Source of the DNA: an uncultured archaeon
GTDB lineage: Archaea; Asgardarchaeota; Thorarchaeia; Thorarchaeales; Thorarchaeaceae
Assembly (NCBI GenBank): GCA_964558645.1
Contig: CAZLEV010000004.1
Span: forward strand, 139,442-203,441
Reading direction: 5' to 3'
Length of the DNA: 64,000 bases
The notes below the pieces were generated by a model. That model was not told where the DNA came from and did not search any database. It saw only the letters and a program-made list of their open reading frames with translations. Position 1 is the first letter of the stretch; every line of letters starts with the position of its first letter. This document shows positions 9,025-19,164 of this stretch, in pieces. The position numbers and the translations under genes are program-made.

Positions 9025-10227
9025 CTAGAGCTCGCCTTTCAGTAGATTCTCTATATGTCGTCGGCTCTGTTCCTCACTCAGCTTGGTCTCTTTATGCTCG
9101 ACGACCCGTCGCTCAAGACGACTCAGAGCCAGTCTATATGCCTCCTCGACACTCCACGCTTCAGCTGAGCTGTAGTATTGAGTATTGGCGGTTCTGAATT
9201 GGAGTCGGCAGTGGATAGGTTGGTCACCCTTTGATACCGGACCGTGTTTCTTCAGATAGACAAACAGCCCGCCTATACCGACAACATCGCGATATCGACC
9301 CACAAAGGAGTCGAACTCTCTGCGCATCGCAGCCATCTCTTCCTCAGACATCCGAATATCAGGCTTGACAGAGAACTGGACACTCATTCTACGCGCCTCC
9401 ATGCCCTGTCGTGCAACGGGTTCTAGCAGGTCGCGTTTTGTCATGATGCCCACGACATGGTCGTCCTCCATTATCACAAGACTGGAGATATCATGCTCCT
9501 TCATCTTCCGGGTTGCATGTTCCAGTGTGTCGTCTGGCCGAGCAGCGATGACGGGAGAGCTCATTGCACTCTTGATGGGCATATGAACCAGATCTGACTT
9601 CTCACCTTTTCTCTCTGCCATTCCACCCTGTCCACGGTCACCGGCGAAGTCGCCCCTCTGACGATCACGCCTGCGGTAGACAACATCAATGATATCTTGG
9701 ATGCTAACGATGCCCACCAGTCTATCGTTCTCGCTCACGGGTGCGTGTGAGAATCCATACGTGTTGAATATCTCAAGTACTTGGGCGATTGTGTCATGGG
9801 GTCGCGCCCGGACAGGATTCTCTGTCATGACCTGGGAAATGACGTTCTGGCCCCAGTCATTATCTGCGGCAGCCCGGATGACATCGTCTCGGGAGATGAA
9901 TCCACGGCGGGTCTCACCGGCAAACACAGCAAGGACTGGAATCTGACTCTCGATCATCAGTCTTGCGGCCTCTGAGATGTCGTCAGTGGTCTGTACAGAT
10001 GGTATGGGGCGGCTCAGCGTTTCCACACTCGTTTCATGCGGGTCCAGCCGGGAACGCTTAATCCACCTTCTTGTTAGTACTCCCGAGTAGTTTCCCTTCC
10101 TGTCCTCAACAACCAATACAGGAGGGTCGATCTCTTTGAGTCTGTCAATCACTTTGGCAATAGGTTCGTCTTCTGTTACGGTCTCGTAACCTTCCTGATA
10201 CGCTTCTTCTACTTTGGTCTCGAACAT
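9025..10227 (-). CDS. 4xCBS-domain protein with C-terminal HPF/RaiA-like domain (ribosome hibernation factor candidate)
   Basis: CBS repeats (VGIVSIQDI, VVGIMTKRDLL). The C-terminal ~100 aa end in SSAEAWSVEEAYRLALSRLERRV, an HPF-like final helix. Confidence 0.75.
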   Translation of the reverse strand: MFETKVEEAYQEGYETVTEDEPIAKVIDRLKEIDPPVLVVEDRKGNYSGVLTRRWIKRSRLDPHETSVETLSRPIPSVQTTDDISEAARLMIESQIPVLAVFAGETRRGFISRDDVIRAAADNDWGQNVISQVMTENPVRARPHDTIAQVLEIFNTYGFSHAPVSENDRLVGIVSIQDIIDVVYRRRDRQRGDFAGDRGQGGMAERKGEKSDLVHMPIKSAMSSPVIAARPDDTLEHATRKMKEHDISSLVIMEDDHVVGIMTKRDLLEPVARQGMEARRMSVQFSVKPDIRMSEEEMAAMRREFDSFVGRYRDVVGIGGLFVYLKKHGPVSKGDQPIHCRLQFRTANTQYYSSAEAWSVEEAYRLALSRLERRVVEHKETKLSEEQSRRHIENLLKGEL

Positions 10228-10401
10228 GGGTTGTTCTTCTCGCTAAGTAACTATAGATAAGGCACCCTTAAGAATCCACTTCCTTCCGAAAAAGCTTGTT
10301 CGCGAGATCAACGTCAAAGCCGTATGTGTCGGGGATATCGACAATCCCCCACGGAGAAAGCAATGAGGATAACAGCGAAATCTCCAGGCGTCCAAGAGAA
10401 C

Positions 10402-10862
10402 ATGGATATTTTCATCCTTCGGAGCATTTGCATCCTTGACCGGAGTTCTTGTTATGCTCGGTCAGCACTCGGCTATGAGGGAACTCAGGGCGATGCCTAT
10501 TCAGTCTTGAACCATTTCACATCCAAACTCGGAGAGATTGGTGTATGTTACCTGAGATGGGTTTTCAACAGAGGCCTAATCGTTGCCGGCTTGCTTTCAT
10601 GACCTTCATGACAGCCTGCCTACTTCTAGGAGGCTTTTCAGCCATGTCGCTCATGGTCATATGAGTGTTCCGTGAAGACCAGCGAACGCCACGCATGGGA
10701 GCATCGGGAGTCTTCTTCCAGCTAGGCTTCATCGTGCGCATTCTCACGTCCGTTGAGCTACTCCTTCATCCGAAGTTCAGAAAGGTATCGACATGTATGG
10801 TATGGCGATTGACCTCTCAAGTCTTGAATTGGCTCTAAACATCGGTGGGCCAATCGCGTAGT
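10402..10862 (+). pseudogene. Decayed DUF998-like membrane protein gene
   Basis: YSVLNHFTSKLGEIG...FNRGLIVAGLL, then a frameshift near 10595, then SLMVI*VFREDQ...GVFFQLG with an internal TGA (10662-10664). Confidence 0.55.
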
Positions 10863-11022
10863 AGCATGCAGTATTCGGTGCGCCGGTCTTCATAGGTTAG
10901 GTTTCATAGAATACATACATAGCCTAAGCAAGAAACAGCGTGGAGAAACCGTCGTTAGCTAGAGGGCACCATTTATTGGATGCCAATGTAACAAGAAACT
11001 TGAAACTCAGAGTGGTCTGCAA

Positions 11023-12042
11023 ATGCTGAAAGAAGCCTTTCTCATCGATCAGGGTATGCTTATCTTCCATTATGCCAAGAATAGAGAAGAGAGCGAATCA
11101 GATGAGGCCATTCTCTCTTCTGGTCTGTTGATGGCCATTAGAGACTTCAGTCACACAACTCGAGCTGATGAAGTCGAGTCCTTCAATACTGAGAAAGAGT
11201 ATTTTCTCTTTGCTGGGATGGCAGAATCAAATGTTGTGTTGGTAGGTGTTTTCGACAAGCGCGCACCAACACAAGTTGCCCATGATGCCCTGATGCGAAT
11301 CCGTGAGTACATCGAAACGGTGAGGTTCCCCGAAGTCGAGGGACAACAGCTTGACTCTTCGAAGAAGGAAGCAATCAGGATTGCAGTCGAGGAGATTGTA
11401 GTCAGTTCCTTCGGCGTCGAAAATGTTGCAGCCTACATGGACGATCTTCTAGGAAGCCGAAATGACATCTCAATCGCATTTGTGGTAAACATAAGTGACA
11501 GAAGGGCTCTGGCTCACTTCGCCCGCCCGGCACCTCTTTATAGTGACGAGCAGGTCAGGCAGTTTCTTTTGGTCCATGATACGCTTTGCAGGACAATTTC
11601 CAAGATATCGCCCAATGGCACATACCGGAGTTTCATAGTTGAAGCAGATGGATACGTGATAGGAGGGTGCTGGAGTGGGAATCGAATCAGCGTGGCAACT
11701 GGAGCCATGCAAACCGGGGCCAATGCTGTCATAGAAGTTGCCGGCCAGCTCTGTAACACAAAGACATCCAGAGCAGTCGTGGCTTCAGTCGACAGTCTGC
11801 ATTTGGTTACAAGAGCGAGGGTCAAGCAGTCAGGCACCCTTGTTGTTGAAGAGGGTGCGAGCCTTCCCGGGATTGCGGGGGTGTTTTTGTCAACCGTCGT
11901 GAACAATCTTGACGCATTTGTTCGCATTGTATCTCACAGGAGGCTCAGTGCTTTCAGAGTTCATTATGGTACGGATCCCGATTATGTGCTGTTCATTCAG
12001 CCACATGGTGATGAAATAGAGATGAACATCTATACACCATAG
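11023..12042 (+). CDS. Longin/roadblock-like domain protein
   Basis: N-terminal AFLIDQGMLIFHY...LSSGLLMAIRDFS...VESF pattern typical of Asgard longin-like domains. Further beta-rich repeats follow. Confidence 0.6.
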   Translation: MLKEAFLIDQGMLIFHYAKNREESESDEAILSSGLLMAIRDFSHTTRADEVESFNTEKEYFLFAGMAESNVVLVGVFDKRAPTQVAHDALMRIREYIETVRFPEVEGQQLDSSKKEAIRIAVEEIVVSSFGVENVAAYMDDLLGSRNDISIAFVVNISDRRALAHFARPAPLYSDEQVRQFLLVHDTLCRTISKISPNGTYRSFIVEADGYVIGGCWSGNRISVATGAMQTGANAVIEVAGQLCNTKTSRAVVASVDSLHLVTRARVKQSGTLVVEEGASLPGIAGVFLSTVVNNLDAFVRIVSHRRLSAFRVHYGTDPDYVLFIQPHGDEIEMNIYTP

Positions 12043-12066
12043 CAGCTATTAGCAAAGAGTATTAGG

Positions 12067-12852
12067 ATGAACTGCATGGGCAGCGTGACAGTATTTGGTG
12101 AACTTCTCGTGATAGAGGCCAAAACCCAACCGAGTGACGAATCAGATGCCCTTCAGGCTGTCTTCGTATACATGGGAATACTCGATGCCTATGAGGCAGT
12201 TGGGGCTGAGCTCATAGGTCCTGATGCATTTGACGAACACGTTCTGCCGAGAATGGTCTACTATATCAATGAATTCTTGCCCGAGTTGTTCTCCGATCAG
12301 GAAGACAGAGAGAATCTCGTGAAAGAGATGAGGGCGTTCTTGGAGGATTTCAAGAGAGAGGTCCATACAGCAATGGAATCGGGTTCTCCAGAGGGGGTCA
12401 CGATGGAAGATATCTGGAAGCTGAGGGCGGCCATCTTCGGGTATGAGAGCGTATTCATCAATATACTCGGGGAGACCGCAATCAAGAACTATGTCTTCGT
12501 GAGGATGGCCGATATTCTGTCGGCATATCTTCCCGCCAGCCTTCTAGACTCATCCGTTCCATTGGAGCAGAAACTACGAGGCTATGCAGATTTCATCAAG
12601 AAGCAGGGCTTTGTCAAGTATGCGAGGGTCACCTTTGATGACGATAGAATCTCTGTTGCGGCCAATAAGTGTGCTTTTGCACGCATCCATGACTCCAGTG
12701 CCTATCGAGACCTACATGTAAGATTTTGCCCATGGGGAATGATTGCATCTGCAATTGTTGCAGCACACGAGCGGCGAGAAACTGTTCTTGAGTCGAGCAT
12801 GTTCACGACGAGCGGAAGCATCAGTAAGATTCGGTCAAAGGAGGAACGATAG
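12067..12852 (+). CDS. V4R/Bet3-like fold protein (hypothetical)
   Basis: C-terminal ISVAANKCAFARIH...FCPWGMIASAIV Cys pattern. Confidence 0.45.
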   Translation: MNCMGSVTVFGELLVIEAKTQPSDESDALQAVFVYMGILDAYEAVGAELIGPDAFDEHVLPRMVYYINEFLPELFSDQEDRENLVKEMRAFLEDFKREVHTAMESGSPEGVTMEDIWKLRAAIFGYESVFINILGETAIKNYVFVRMADILSAYLPASLLDSSVPLEQKLRGYADFIKKQGFVKYARVTFDDDRISVAANKCAFARIHDSSAYRDLHVRFCPWGMIASAIVAAHERRETVLESSMFTTSGSISKIRSKEER

Positions 12853-13299
12853 ATGCTACAATTGACAGACACAGGAATGCAGATTGCGATTCTAGTTATG
12901 TTATTCGAGACGGTGATGATGGCGATCATTTTACTGGGATGGTACTATGGAGCTAGACGTCTCGATCTGAAGCTACATCATCGAGCTGTCTACTCCATGG
13001 TATTTGTCCATCTCGTCGGGGTGACCCTCTGGATGATACCAAGGGCGCTGAGCATTTCTTCAGAAGTCTTTGAAAACCCAGGCACCTACTGGTACCTTAT
13101 TGTTCACAACATCTTAGGTTTCGTCGCATTATCCATGGGCATAGTCCTCTCCCTTCTGTTCATCCTGAAGCCCGATATGCCTCTGTCGCTATTACGGCGA
13201 GCTCGCCCAGCTATGATTCTTGTCCTGATTGTCTGGTCGGTCGCGTTCATTCTCGGTGCATGGGCGTTCCTTACACGAATGACCGGTCTTCTGCCGTAG
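12853..13299 (+). CDS. 4-TM membrane protein (DUF420-like)
   Basis: Four hydrophobic segments with His residues (LHHRAV, LIVHNILG). Confidence 0.6.
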   Translation: MLQLTDTGMQIAILVMLFETVMMAIILLGWYYGARRLDLKLHHRAVYSMVFVHLVGVTLWMIPRALSISSEVFENPGTYWYLIVHNILGFVALSMGIVLSLLFILKPDMPLSLLRRARPAMILVLIVWSVAFILGAWAFLTRMTGLLP

Positions 13300-13345
13300 G
13301 AAACTCATCTAGCAAATTCAAGCGATGCTTCTGTGACAACAGCAG

Positions 13346-14068
13346 TTAGTCATTTGAAGCATTGTACACCTCTCCATTTTCAAGTGCCTCTAGAAACGCA
13401 TCCTGACAAGAATCGGGGACAGAATTCAAGATGCAGCCGAAGTTTGGACATGATGAACAGGCCCAGTGCCGCAGTGTGTAGCCGAATACCATCGCAACGA
13501 GAACTTGGACAAGGGTCCAATCAACTCTGTCCCAGAGGTAGATTATAGGAAAGAGTAGATAGAAGAGTACCCAGACGACGAAGACTGCCTGACCTCCACG
13601 ACTTATCTCTGTAGGAGAGTACTCGAAGACCTTCGGACTTCCCCAGTTGGCCAGGCAGTAGAATCGGTTATCATGTCCATGTCTGCAGCCCGAATACTCA
13701 TAGCAGGGGCAGTGACGGCAGAGTACGTACCATTCAAGTCCTCCGGCGAAGAAGAGCATTGAGAGAAGAATGTAGACCGGAATCAGCAGGACGCTCTCGG
13801 CGAGCACAAGGCTCTCCAATCCCAATATCAGCCCGATGTCAAGACTCCAGCCAAGATAGCTTATGCTTGAACTGAACATCCCCAGACAGCCCACAACCAT
13901 AGGTACGAAACTGATGAACGCAAACCATTTCGCATCACCTGACTCATAATGTGCAACCACTCCGTGAACGCGTTTCCTAGCAAGAGGCTTCATGTTATCC
14001 GCGCCTTTCATTAGATGTTCCTCGATGCTTCGTACTGAGATTCCACTTTTCGTTCCCGTTTCTGACAT
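13346..14068 (-). CDS. Membrane protein with Cys clusters
   Basis: TM segments plus CRHCPCY and CSSCPNFGC motifs. Confidence 0.7.
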   Translation of the reverse strand: MSETGTKSGISVRSIEEHLMKGADNMKPLARKRVHGVVAHYESGDAKWFAFISFVPMVVGCLGMFSSSISYLGWSLDIGLILGLESLVLAESVLLIPVYILLSMLFFAGGLEWYVLCRHCPCYEYSGCRHGHDNRFYCLANWGSPKVFEYSPTEISRGGQAVFVVWVLFYLLFPIIYLWDRVDWTLVQVLVAMVFGYTLRHWACSSCPNFGCILNSVPDSCQDAFLEALENGEVYNASND

Positions 14069-14209
14069 TTAAGCGAGGTGATTTCAATGCGATTCAGAGC
14101 AAGCAGCCCCTATACACAACACGCAGAGTGTATCAGTGATACACATATGTAGCGACTAGAACAAGATTCCTTGTTAACAATAGGGGCTTCTAGCAAGAGG
14201 AATGTGATC

Positions 14210-14425
14210 ATGAGTGAAACTCCCTGTCCCCACTGTGGCAGCACAACCAGAAGAATCATGTACAACAGCATGCATGTCCGAGAGGTCTACTGTGGTGAGT
14301 GCTTCCATTGCCTTAATCAGGAACAGGTCACAGAGAGGACGCGCTTGGCCCAGATGGCTGCAAAGGAGGGGAAACTGAACGAGTTCTGGATGGGAACTTA
14401 CAAACCCAAAGATGACGAAGAATAG
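14210..14425 (+). CDS. Small zinc-ribbon protein
   Basis: CPHC...CGEC. Confidence 0.65.
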   Translation: MSETPCPHCGSTTRRIMYNSMHVREVYCGECFHCLNQEQVTERTRLAQMAAKEGKLNEFWMGTYKPKDDEE

Positions 14426-14531
14426 CGACCCTGTTTCTGAGAGACCATATGAATCTCCGACCAGCAGGTCACTCTAGGAGAGAGATAGTCTCCAGAAAGT
14501 ACGAAACATGCCATGTTATCAGAGTCATGGT

Positions 14532-14756
14532 CTAGTATAGCAACAGAGTATTGCGATGGGAATCATTGTGACGCCGGCACAGACCGTCTTCCGGCCTTGA
14601 TTGTGGACAGTAGGCGATTGCACTTGATTCATCTTTGACATCAGCAGATTCGGTCTTTAGGACATAGTCGAACCATTCGAGCCTCATTTCTTCCTGCGAA
14701 AACTTGTTAGCTGCACTCTCGGCCAATGTCTTAGCCAATGATGAGAGAAAAGACAA
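14532..14756 (-). CDS. Possible small hypothetical protein
   Basis: TTG start with an AT-rich TATA-like stretch just upstream. Amphipathic N-terminal helix; fills an otherwise empty gap. Confidence 0.3.
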   Translation of the reverse strand: MSFLSSLAKTLAESAANKFSQEEMRLEWFDYVLKTESADVKDESSAIAYCPQSRPEDGLCRRHNDSHRNTLLLY

Positions 14757-14817
14757 AGGATTATATGTCTTACTTTACTATAATACCATATACTAACTTG
14801 CGCGCCGCTGCAATAGG

Positions 14818-15495
14818 ATGATGCCCATGAGTCTAAGCGAGTTGAAACCTGGAGATGGCGACTCACAAGAGAGGAGCAGTTACATCGAACGGATCAAGCG
14901 TCGAGCGGGAATCAAGAAAATGTTAGTTGCGGGGACGGGAGCCGTGGGAAAGACGAGTCTCCTGACCGTACTCAAGGAGAGGAGATGCCTCCAGGACCTA
15001 GTGGACAACGACTGTGAATATCATCGCACGCTTTTCTTTGACATGGAGGTAATTCCTGCATCCCATCTGGTTAACGAGAGTCTTACAGGGGTCTTTCAGA
15101 TGGTTGATATTTCTGGTCAGCTAGAACTGCCGATTCATGCAATTCGGGATCTCAGCCGCACGGCTCTTGGTGGAGTCGACTTGGTCATGCTTGTGTTTGC
15201 TAATGACAACCTGCAATCACTGATTGACCTCTCTAAATGGTTGGATCTGCTCGAGTCATACTATGCACAGCAGGACAAGTATTGTGCTCCTAAGTATGTT
15301 CTTGTCAGAAACAAGTGTGACCTGTTCACAACTGTCGATGATGGCCTAATACATGCCATGCTGGAAGGAAATTCGCGTATTGAGACGTTTTTCGAAGTCA
15401 GTTGTTTGACTGGAGAGGGACTCTCTGAGATGCGAACTTGGCTTGCACACCGACTCTTTCGAAGAGAGAGCCAGGAGGTGAACTCGACACAATGA
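14818..15495 (+). CDS. Ras/Rab-like small GTPase
   Basis: G1 GTGAVGKTS, G3 DISGQ, G4 NKCD, G5 VSCLTG. Confidence 0.9.
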   Translation: MMPMSLSELKPGDGDSQERSSYIERIKRRAGIKKMLVAGTGAVGKTSLLTVLKERRCLQDLVDNDCEYHRTLFFDMEVIPASHLVNESLTGVFQMVDISGQLELPIHAIRDLSRTALGGVDLVMLVFANDNLQSLIDLSKWLDLLESYYAQQDKYCAPKYVLVRNKCDLFTTVDDGLIHAMLEGNSRIETFFEVSCLTGEGLSEMRTWLAHRLFRRESQEVNSTQ

Positions 15496-16412
15496 GCCAT
15501 CTCAGACAGGTCACCGAGTTCACTTGCGCTGTATGCAATGAGAAGCTCGAACTCGATCCGAATGATCAAACTACCTTTGATTCCAAGACTAACCATGAGA
15601 AGTTCTTTGGAATGCAGTTGACGACGTATCGAGTGTCGCATGAGACAGGTGAAGAACGCCATGTCAACACCATAATAGTGGATCACGTGGGATTCTTTCG
15701 CGGGCATAAGGACGCATTTACCGAGTCGATTGACAGAGACCTAAAGAGAGCGGAGAGGCCATACTGGGTTGCCGAACAACGCCCCGCTTCGCTCACATCC
15801 CATCAATACTTGGACTTGTTCTTCGTCATAGACACAGAAGACAACTGGGTTCTTGAGATCGTGAATTCGGCTCGAGTTAGGGCTCTAGAACTCGCTAGAC
15901 TCATAGATGAGAGAATCTCCGAAATCAGACGGCTCTATGACGTTATGCCCGATCATTTGTCATTGACACTGGGAGACCAGGACCTGCGATTGTGGATGAA
16001 GGAAACACGCGTGGTTGTGGCAAGTCTGAAAAGCCCAGCGTGCTTTTCGGCCGTTGAGGCATTAGCACAAGAAATCCTAAGAGTATCACACCCAGACACT
16101 CTTCCTGAAAAGAGACTTCTTGTCTTGGCTCTGCAGTCCATAGCCCTTCAGCCAAGAATCGACGTCAATGTTGTGCGACGCCTCGTATCGGACGATCGGC
16201 TATTCACAACAGTGGACTTCCCTTATACTTCACGGATCCAGAGTATTGTTTCTCGCCTAGAGCGTCGATTTCCGCTTGCCAACGATGTTCTGGTCCCACT
16301 GCTCAGTGGTAGAGCGAACGTCATTGACCTTCTAGAAGAGGGGCATATCAATGACATATCGACCATTTTCGAGCTGCTCGACTTTGTGGATAGGAGGGGG
16401 TTACTTGAATGA
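15492..16412 (+). CDS. Hypothetical protein (CxxC/His N-terminus, C-terminal wHTH-like), coupled to the GTPase gene
   Basis: ATGA overlap with the GTPase stop; CAVC...H...H; C-terminal IFELLDFVDRRGLL. Confidence 0.7.
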   Translation: MSHLRQVTEFTCAVCNEKLELDPNDQTTFDSKTNHEKFFGMQLTTYRVSHETGEERHVNTIIVDHVGFFRGHKDAFTESIDRDLKRAERPYWVAEQRPASLTSHQYLDLFFVIDTEDNWVLEIVNSARVRALELARLIDERISEIRRLYDVMPDHLSLTLGDQDLRLWMKETRVVVASLKSPACFSAVEALAQEILRVSHPDTLPEKRLLVLALQSIALQPRIDVNVVRRLVSDDRLFTTVDFPYTSRIQSIVSRLERRFPLANDVLVPLLSGRANVIDLLEEGHINDISTIFELLDFVDRRGLLE

Positions 16413-16429
16413 GGGAGAGTGAGTAAGAA

Positions 16430-17470
16430 GTGCTACGAAAGCTGAAAGCATGGAAAGAACTGATGAAGCTCGGACTGAATGTATCCAAGCTCCGGAAGGA
16501 TATTGACATGTTCTTCCGTGGAAACGTCCTTGATGTACTTCGAAATGAGGGATGGTTTGAGTATCTGAAGAGGCCTCACACCATCATGCAGCTAGCTGCT
16601 GAGTTCAAGTATCAGGACATTGAATTCTTGAACTACCTCCTTGAATTGCTTGTCGAGGATGGTGCCATCACAAAGATAGATGATGAACTCTATCAGGTCA
16701 CTGGGGAGATAGACTTTGGGTGGACCTGTCCCAGCTGTTTTGATGAAGCCATGATAGAACTCTGGGTGGATCATGCAAGGGCAATACCGGGACGATTACG
16801 TGGTGAATACCTTTCGTTCACTGGGGGACTCAATCTCTTCAACTGGGATGATGCCCTCTCGAATAGGCTCTATGAACAGATACGAAGAGCCGCCTTCGTC
16901 TTTGCTGATGCGCTAAGCGAGCCAGTTAGATTCCTGGATGTTGGATGCGGCAATGGTAGAGGCACTGCAGCAATCTGGTCTTACTACTACAAGAACGGGT
17001 ATTTCACTCCCGAGGGACAGATGAAGATTTTCGGCGTCGATCCCAGTGATCAACTCCTTCGAATTGCCAATGAAGAGTTTCCTCAGATGGTTCAGGACTA
17101 CAATGGATATGATGCCACAGTAATGGAAACTGTTGAGAAGTATCCCGTGACATTCAGCAAGGGTTATGCAGAGGATATACCATTTGATGACGAGACCTTT
17201 GATGTGGTGTATGCGTCCCAAGTCCTTCACTGGACCAACCCGAAGAAGGCTGTTCAGGAGATGCTTCGAGTTCTGCGACCGGGCGGGTATCTCTTCGGCA
17301 CCCAAAACTTCTACCCCCATGCTAACAAGTTCAACGAGGCCCACTTCAAGGTGGTTGAGGGGGCACATGGGTTCTTCTACAGAGAAGACTTAGAAGGATG
17401 GGCACGGGAGCTGGGGGCAAGCCTTGTTGAGACTGCTACGCCCGTATCCGTATTCAAAATCACAAAATAG
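16430..17470 (+). CDS. Class I SAM-dependent methyltransferase with N-terminal wHTH
   Basis: FLDVGCGNG, IPFDDETFDVV, EMLRVLRPGG. Confidence 0.9.
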   Translation: MLRKLKAWKELMKLGLNVSKLRKDIDMFFRGNVLDVLRNEGWFEYLKRPHTIMQLAAEFKYQDIEFLNYLLELLVEDGAITKIDDELYQVTGEIDFGWTCPSCFDEAMIELWVDHARAIPGRLRGEYLSFTGGLNLFNWDDALSNRLYEQIRRAAFVFADALSEPVRFLDVGCGNGRGTAAIWSYYYKNGYFTPEGQMKIFGVDPSDQLLRIANEEFPQMVQDYNGYDATVMETVEKYPVTFSKGYAEDIPFDDETFDVVYASQVLHWTNPKKAVQEMLRVLRPGGYLFGTQNFYPHANKFNEAHFKVVEGAHGFFYREDLEGWARELGASLVETATPVSVFKITK

Positions 17471-17486
17471 AGAATCGCTCTTGGGC

Positions 17487-18608
17487 TCAGACCTTGTCGA
17501 GAATCTCATCAACCATGAAAGACCTGTCAGATCTCCAGCTGCCTGTTTCTTCATCGAAAGTTTCAGGCCAGATGTGATACAGGAGTGAATGCTTATAGTC
17601 CAGAATGCTGACTTTCATCTCCAACATCCTATCGAATAGGCCATTCAAGAATGGAGAGATATGTTCTTGGGGTAGGCGAACGAACCAGAAGAATGAGTCT
17701 TCGGTTATTCGAAAGGTTGACTCAAAAGGGATTGGATATCCCTCCAATTTCACGAAGAGATGCTGCAAGTACTCAGGCTTCCCTCTTCCTGTTACCAATA
17801 CGCTATTCAGGATATCAAAGGGTTCTTCGGCAAAGGTCACTCTGAAGCCATCGATGAATTCATCTTTTATGACCTGAAGATGTCTGCTGAATGTCTGAGG
17901 AGTAAAGTCCACATCTCTTTCCTTTAGAGATTCAATGATATCGGTATTCATTCTCCTGGAACCAATCATCATCTCTCGGATGATGTGAAGGTCATCCTGA
18001 GAGAACCATGATGGAAGAGACTCCGATGGTTCAATCTCCTGATGCTTGAACTTCGTCTTTGCTTCTTTGGCATGCCATGCCTCCCAGTCAAATGTCCATG
18101 ATCTTGTTTCATCATCCCATCCGTCCAGAGACATTGACGTATATTGGACATCGGAATCGGTCTTGGTTAGAATCTGATATCTTCGGATGACTTCTCGCTC
18201 TCTCAACTCATCAAAGAACTCTTCCATAAGAGCGCGAGTTCCACGGGGTATCCGAAATTGTACAAGCAACCCATTTGTAGATCCGAAGCATCTGCTCCTA
18301 TATGCAGTATATGGATGCTCTCGAGCAACCTTCTCTACTGTCTTGGCGTGCTTGAGAGAGGCCACTTCAATAAGCACGTCAAATTCCTCTAGACCCAACT
18401 TATGATAGCTCAGCAGGGGTTTGACAACGAAATACCGCTTTGGGGGAGTTTCATCATCCAAGGGCTCCTCGCCTTGAAGCACACGAAGACGCTTGATTGC
18501 TGTTGGTTTGGAAATCCCGGCTATATCAGCCAATTCCTCCATTGTTCCAAAGGGATTTCCCTGTATTGCGATCAACAGAGACAGGTAGTCGTGTATCTTC
18601 TTTGCCAT
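17487..18608 (-). CDS. Duplicated Lrp-like wHTH transcriptional regulator
   Basis: ELADIAGISKPTAIKRL plus a second HTH FTPQTFSRHL; two-repeat architecture. Confidence 0.7.
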   Translation of the reverse strand: MAKKIHDYLSLLIAIQGNPFGTMEELADIAGISKPTAIKRLRVLQGEEPLDDETPPKRYFVVKPLLSYHKLGLEEFDVLIEVASLKHAKTVEKVAREHPYTAYRSRCFGSTNGLLVQFRIPRGTRALMEEFFDELREREVIRRYQILTKTDSDVQYTSMSLDGWDDETRSWTFDWEAWHAKEAKTKFKHQEIEPSESLPSWFSQDDLHIIREMMIGSRRMNTDIIESLKERDVDFTPQTFSRHLQVIKDEFIDGFRVTFAEEPFDILNSVLVTGRGKPEYLQHLFVKLEGYPIPFESTFRITEDSFFWFVRLPQEHISPFLNGLFDRMLEMKVSILDYKHSLLYHIWPETFDEETGSWRSDRSFMVDEILDKV

Positions 18609-18660
18609 TGCCTCACCTTCCGTCGAAGAAGGAAGATGGTTCCTTCAGCGGGAACCAAGT

Positions 18661-19164
18661 CTACGTTCCGGTCACATTTGAGATGATAATTGCTTTTTCC
18701 GTCAAGGGTGGACCGGGGTCTCCACCTTCAGGGGGATCAAAGTCCACTGTGGCGTAGGCGTAGTCAAATGAAGAACCTGTAAAGGCGAATGCAAGCACAT
18801 CGAATCGATACCAGCCAGATTCCGTGGCTATATTGAACCAGTAGATTGAAACTGTGATGGTGTTATACCCACCTTCCACTTCGACAAGGTGATGATACAT
18901 CCGTCCTGACGGAAGTGTCACCGCTGCTCCAATTAGGGTAAAGGATATGTCTTCGCCCCCTGTTGACGCTAGCACTGTGCAGATTGTCAGCACATCGTCG
19001 GCCCGATTATCTGCATCGAGGTCCAGGTAGTTGGCATAGTCAATTGTGGCATCGATTTCCACATCTTCTCGTGGATTGAAACTAAAGCATTCCGCCGAAG
19101 ATGGGAGAGCAAAGGCAATGCACACCAGAATAAACACGAGGATGAATCGCTTCTTCGAAGGCAT
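18661..19164 (-). CDS. Secreted/exported hypothetical protein
   Basis: Signal-peptide-like N-terminus MPSKKRFILVFILVCIAFA; acidic DLDADNRADD loop. Confidence 0.65.
   Translation of the reverse strand: MPSKKRFILVFILVCIAFALPSSAECFSFNPREDVEIDATIDYANYLDLDADNRADDVLTICTVLASTGGEDISFTLIGAAVTLPSGRMYHHLVEVEGGYNTITVSIYWFNIATESGWYRFDVLAFAFTGSSFDYAYATVDFDPPEGGDPGPPLTEKAIIISNVTGT

Noticed and set aside
10662-10664. In-frame TGA as a possible Sec codon
   Set aside because: Falls at an expected Gly position in a frameshifted remnant; no SECIS-like element seen downstream.
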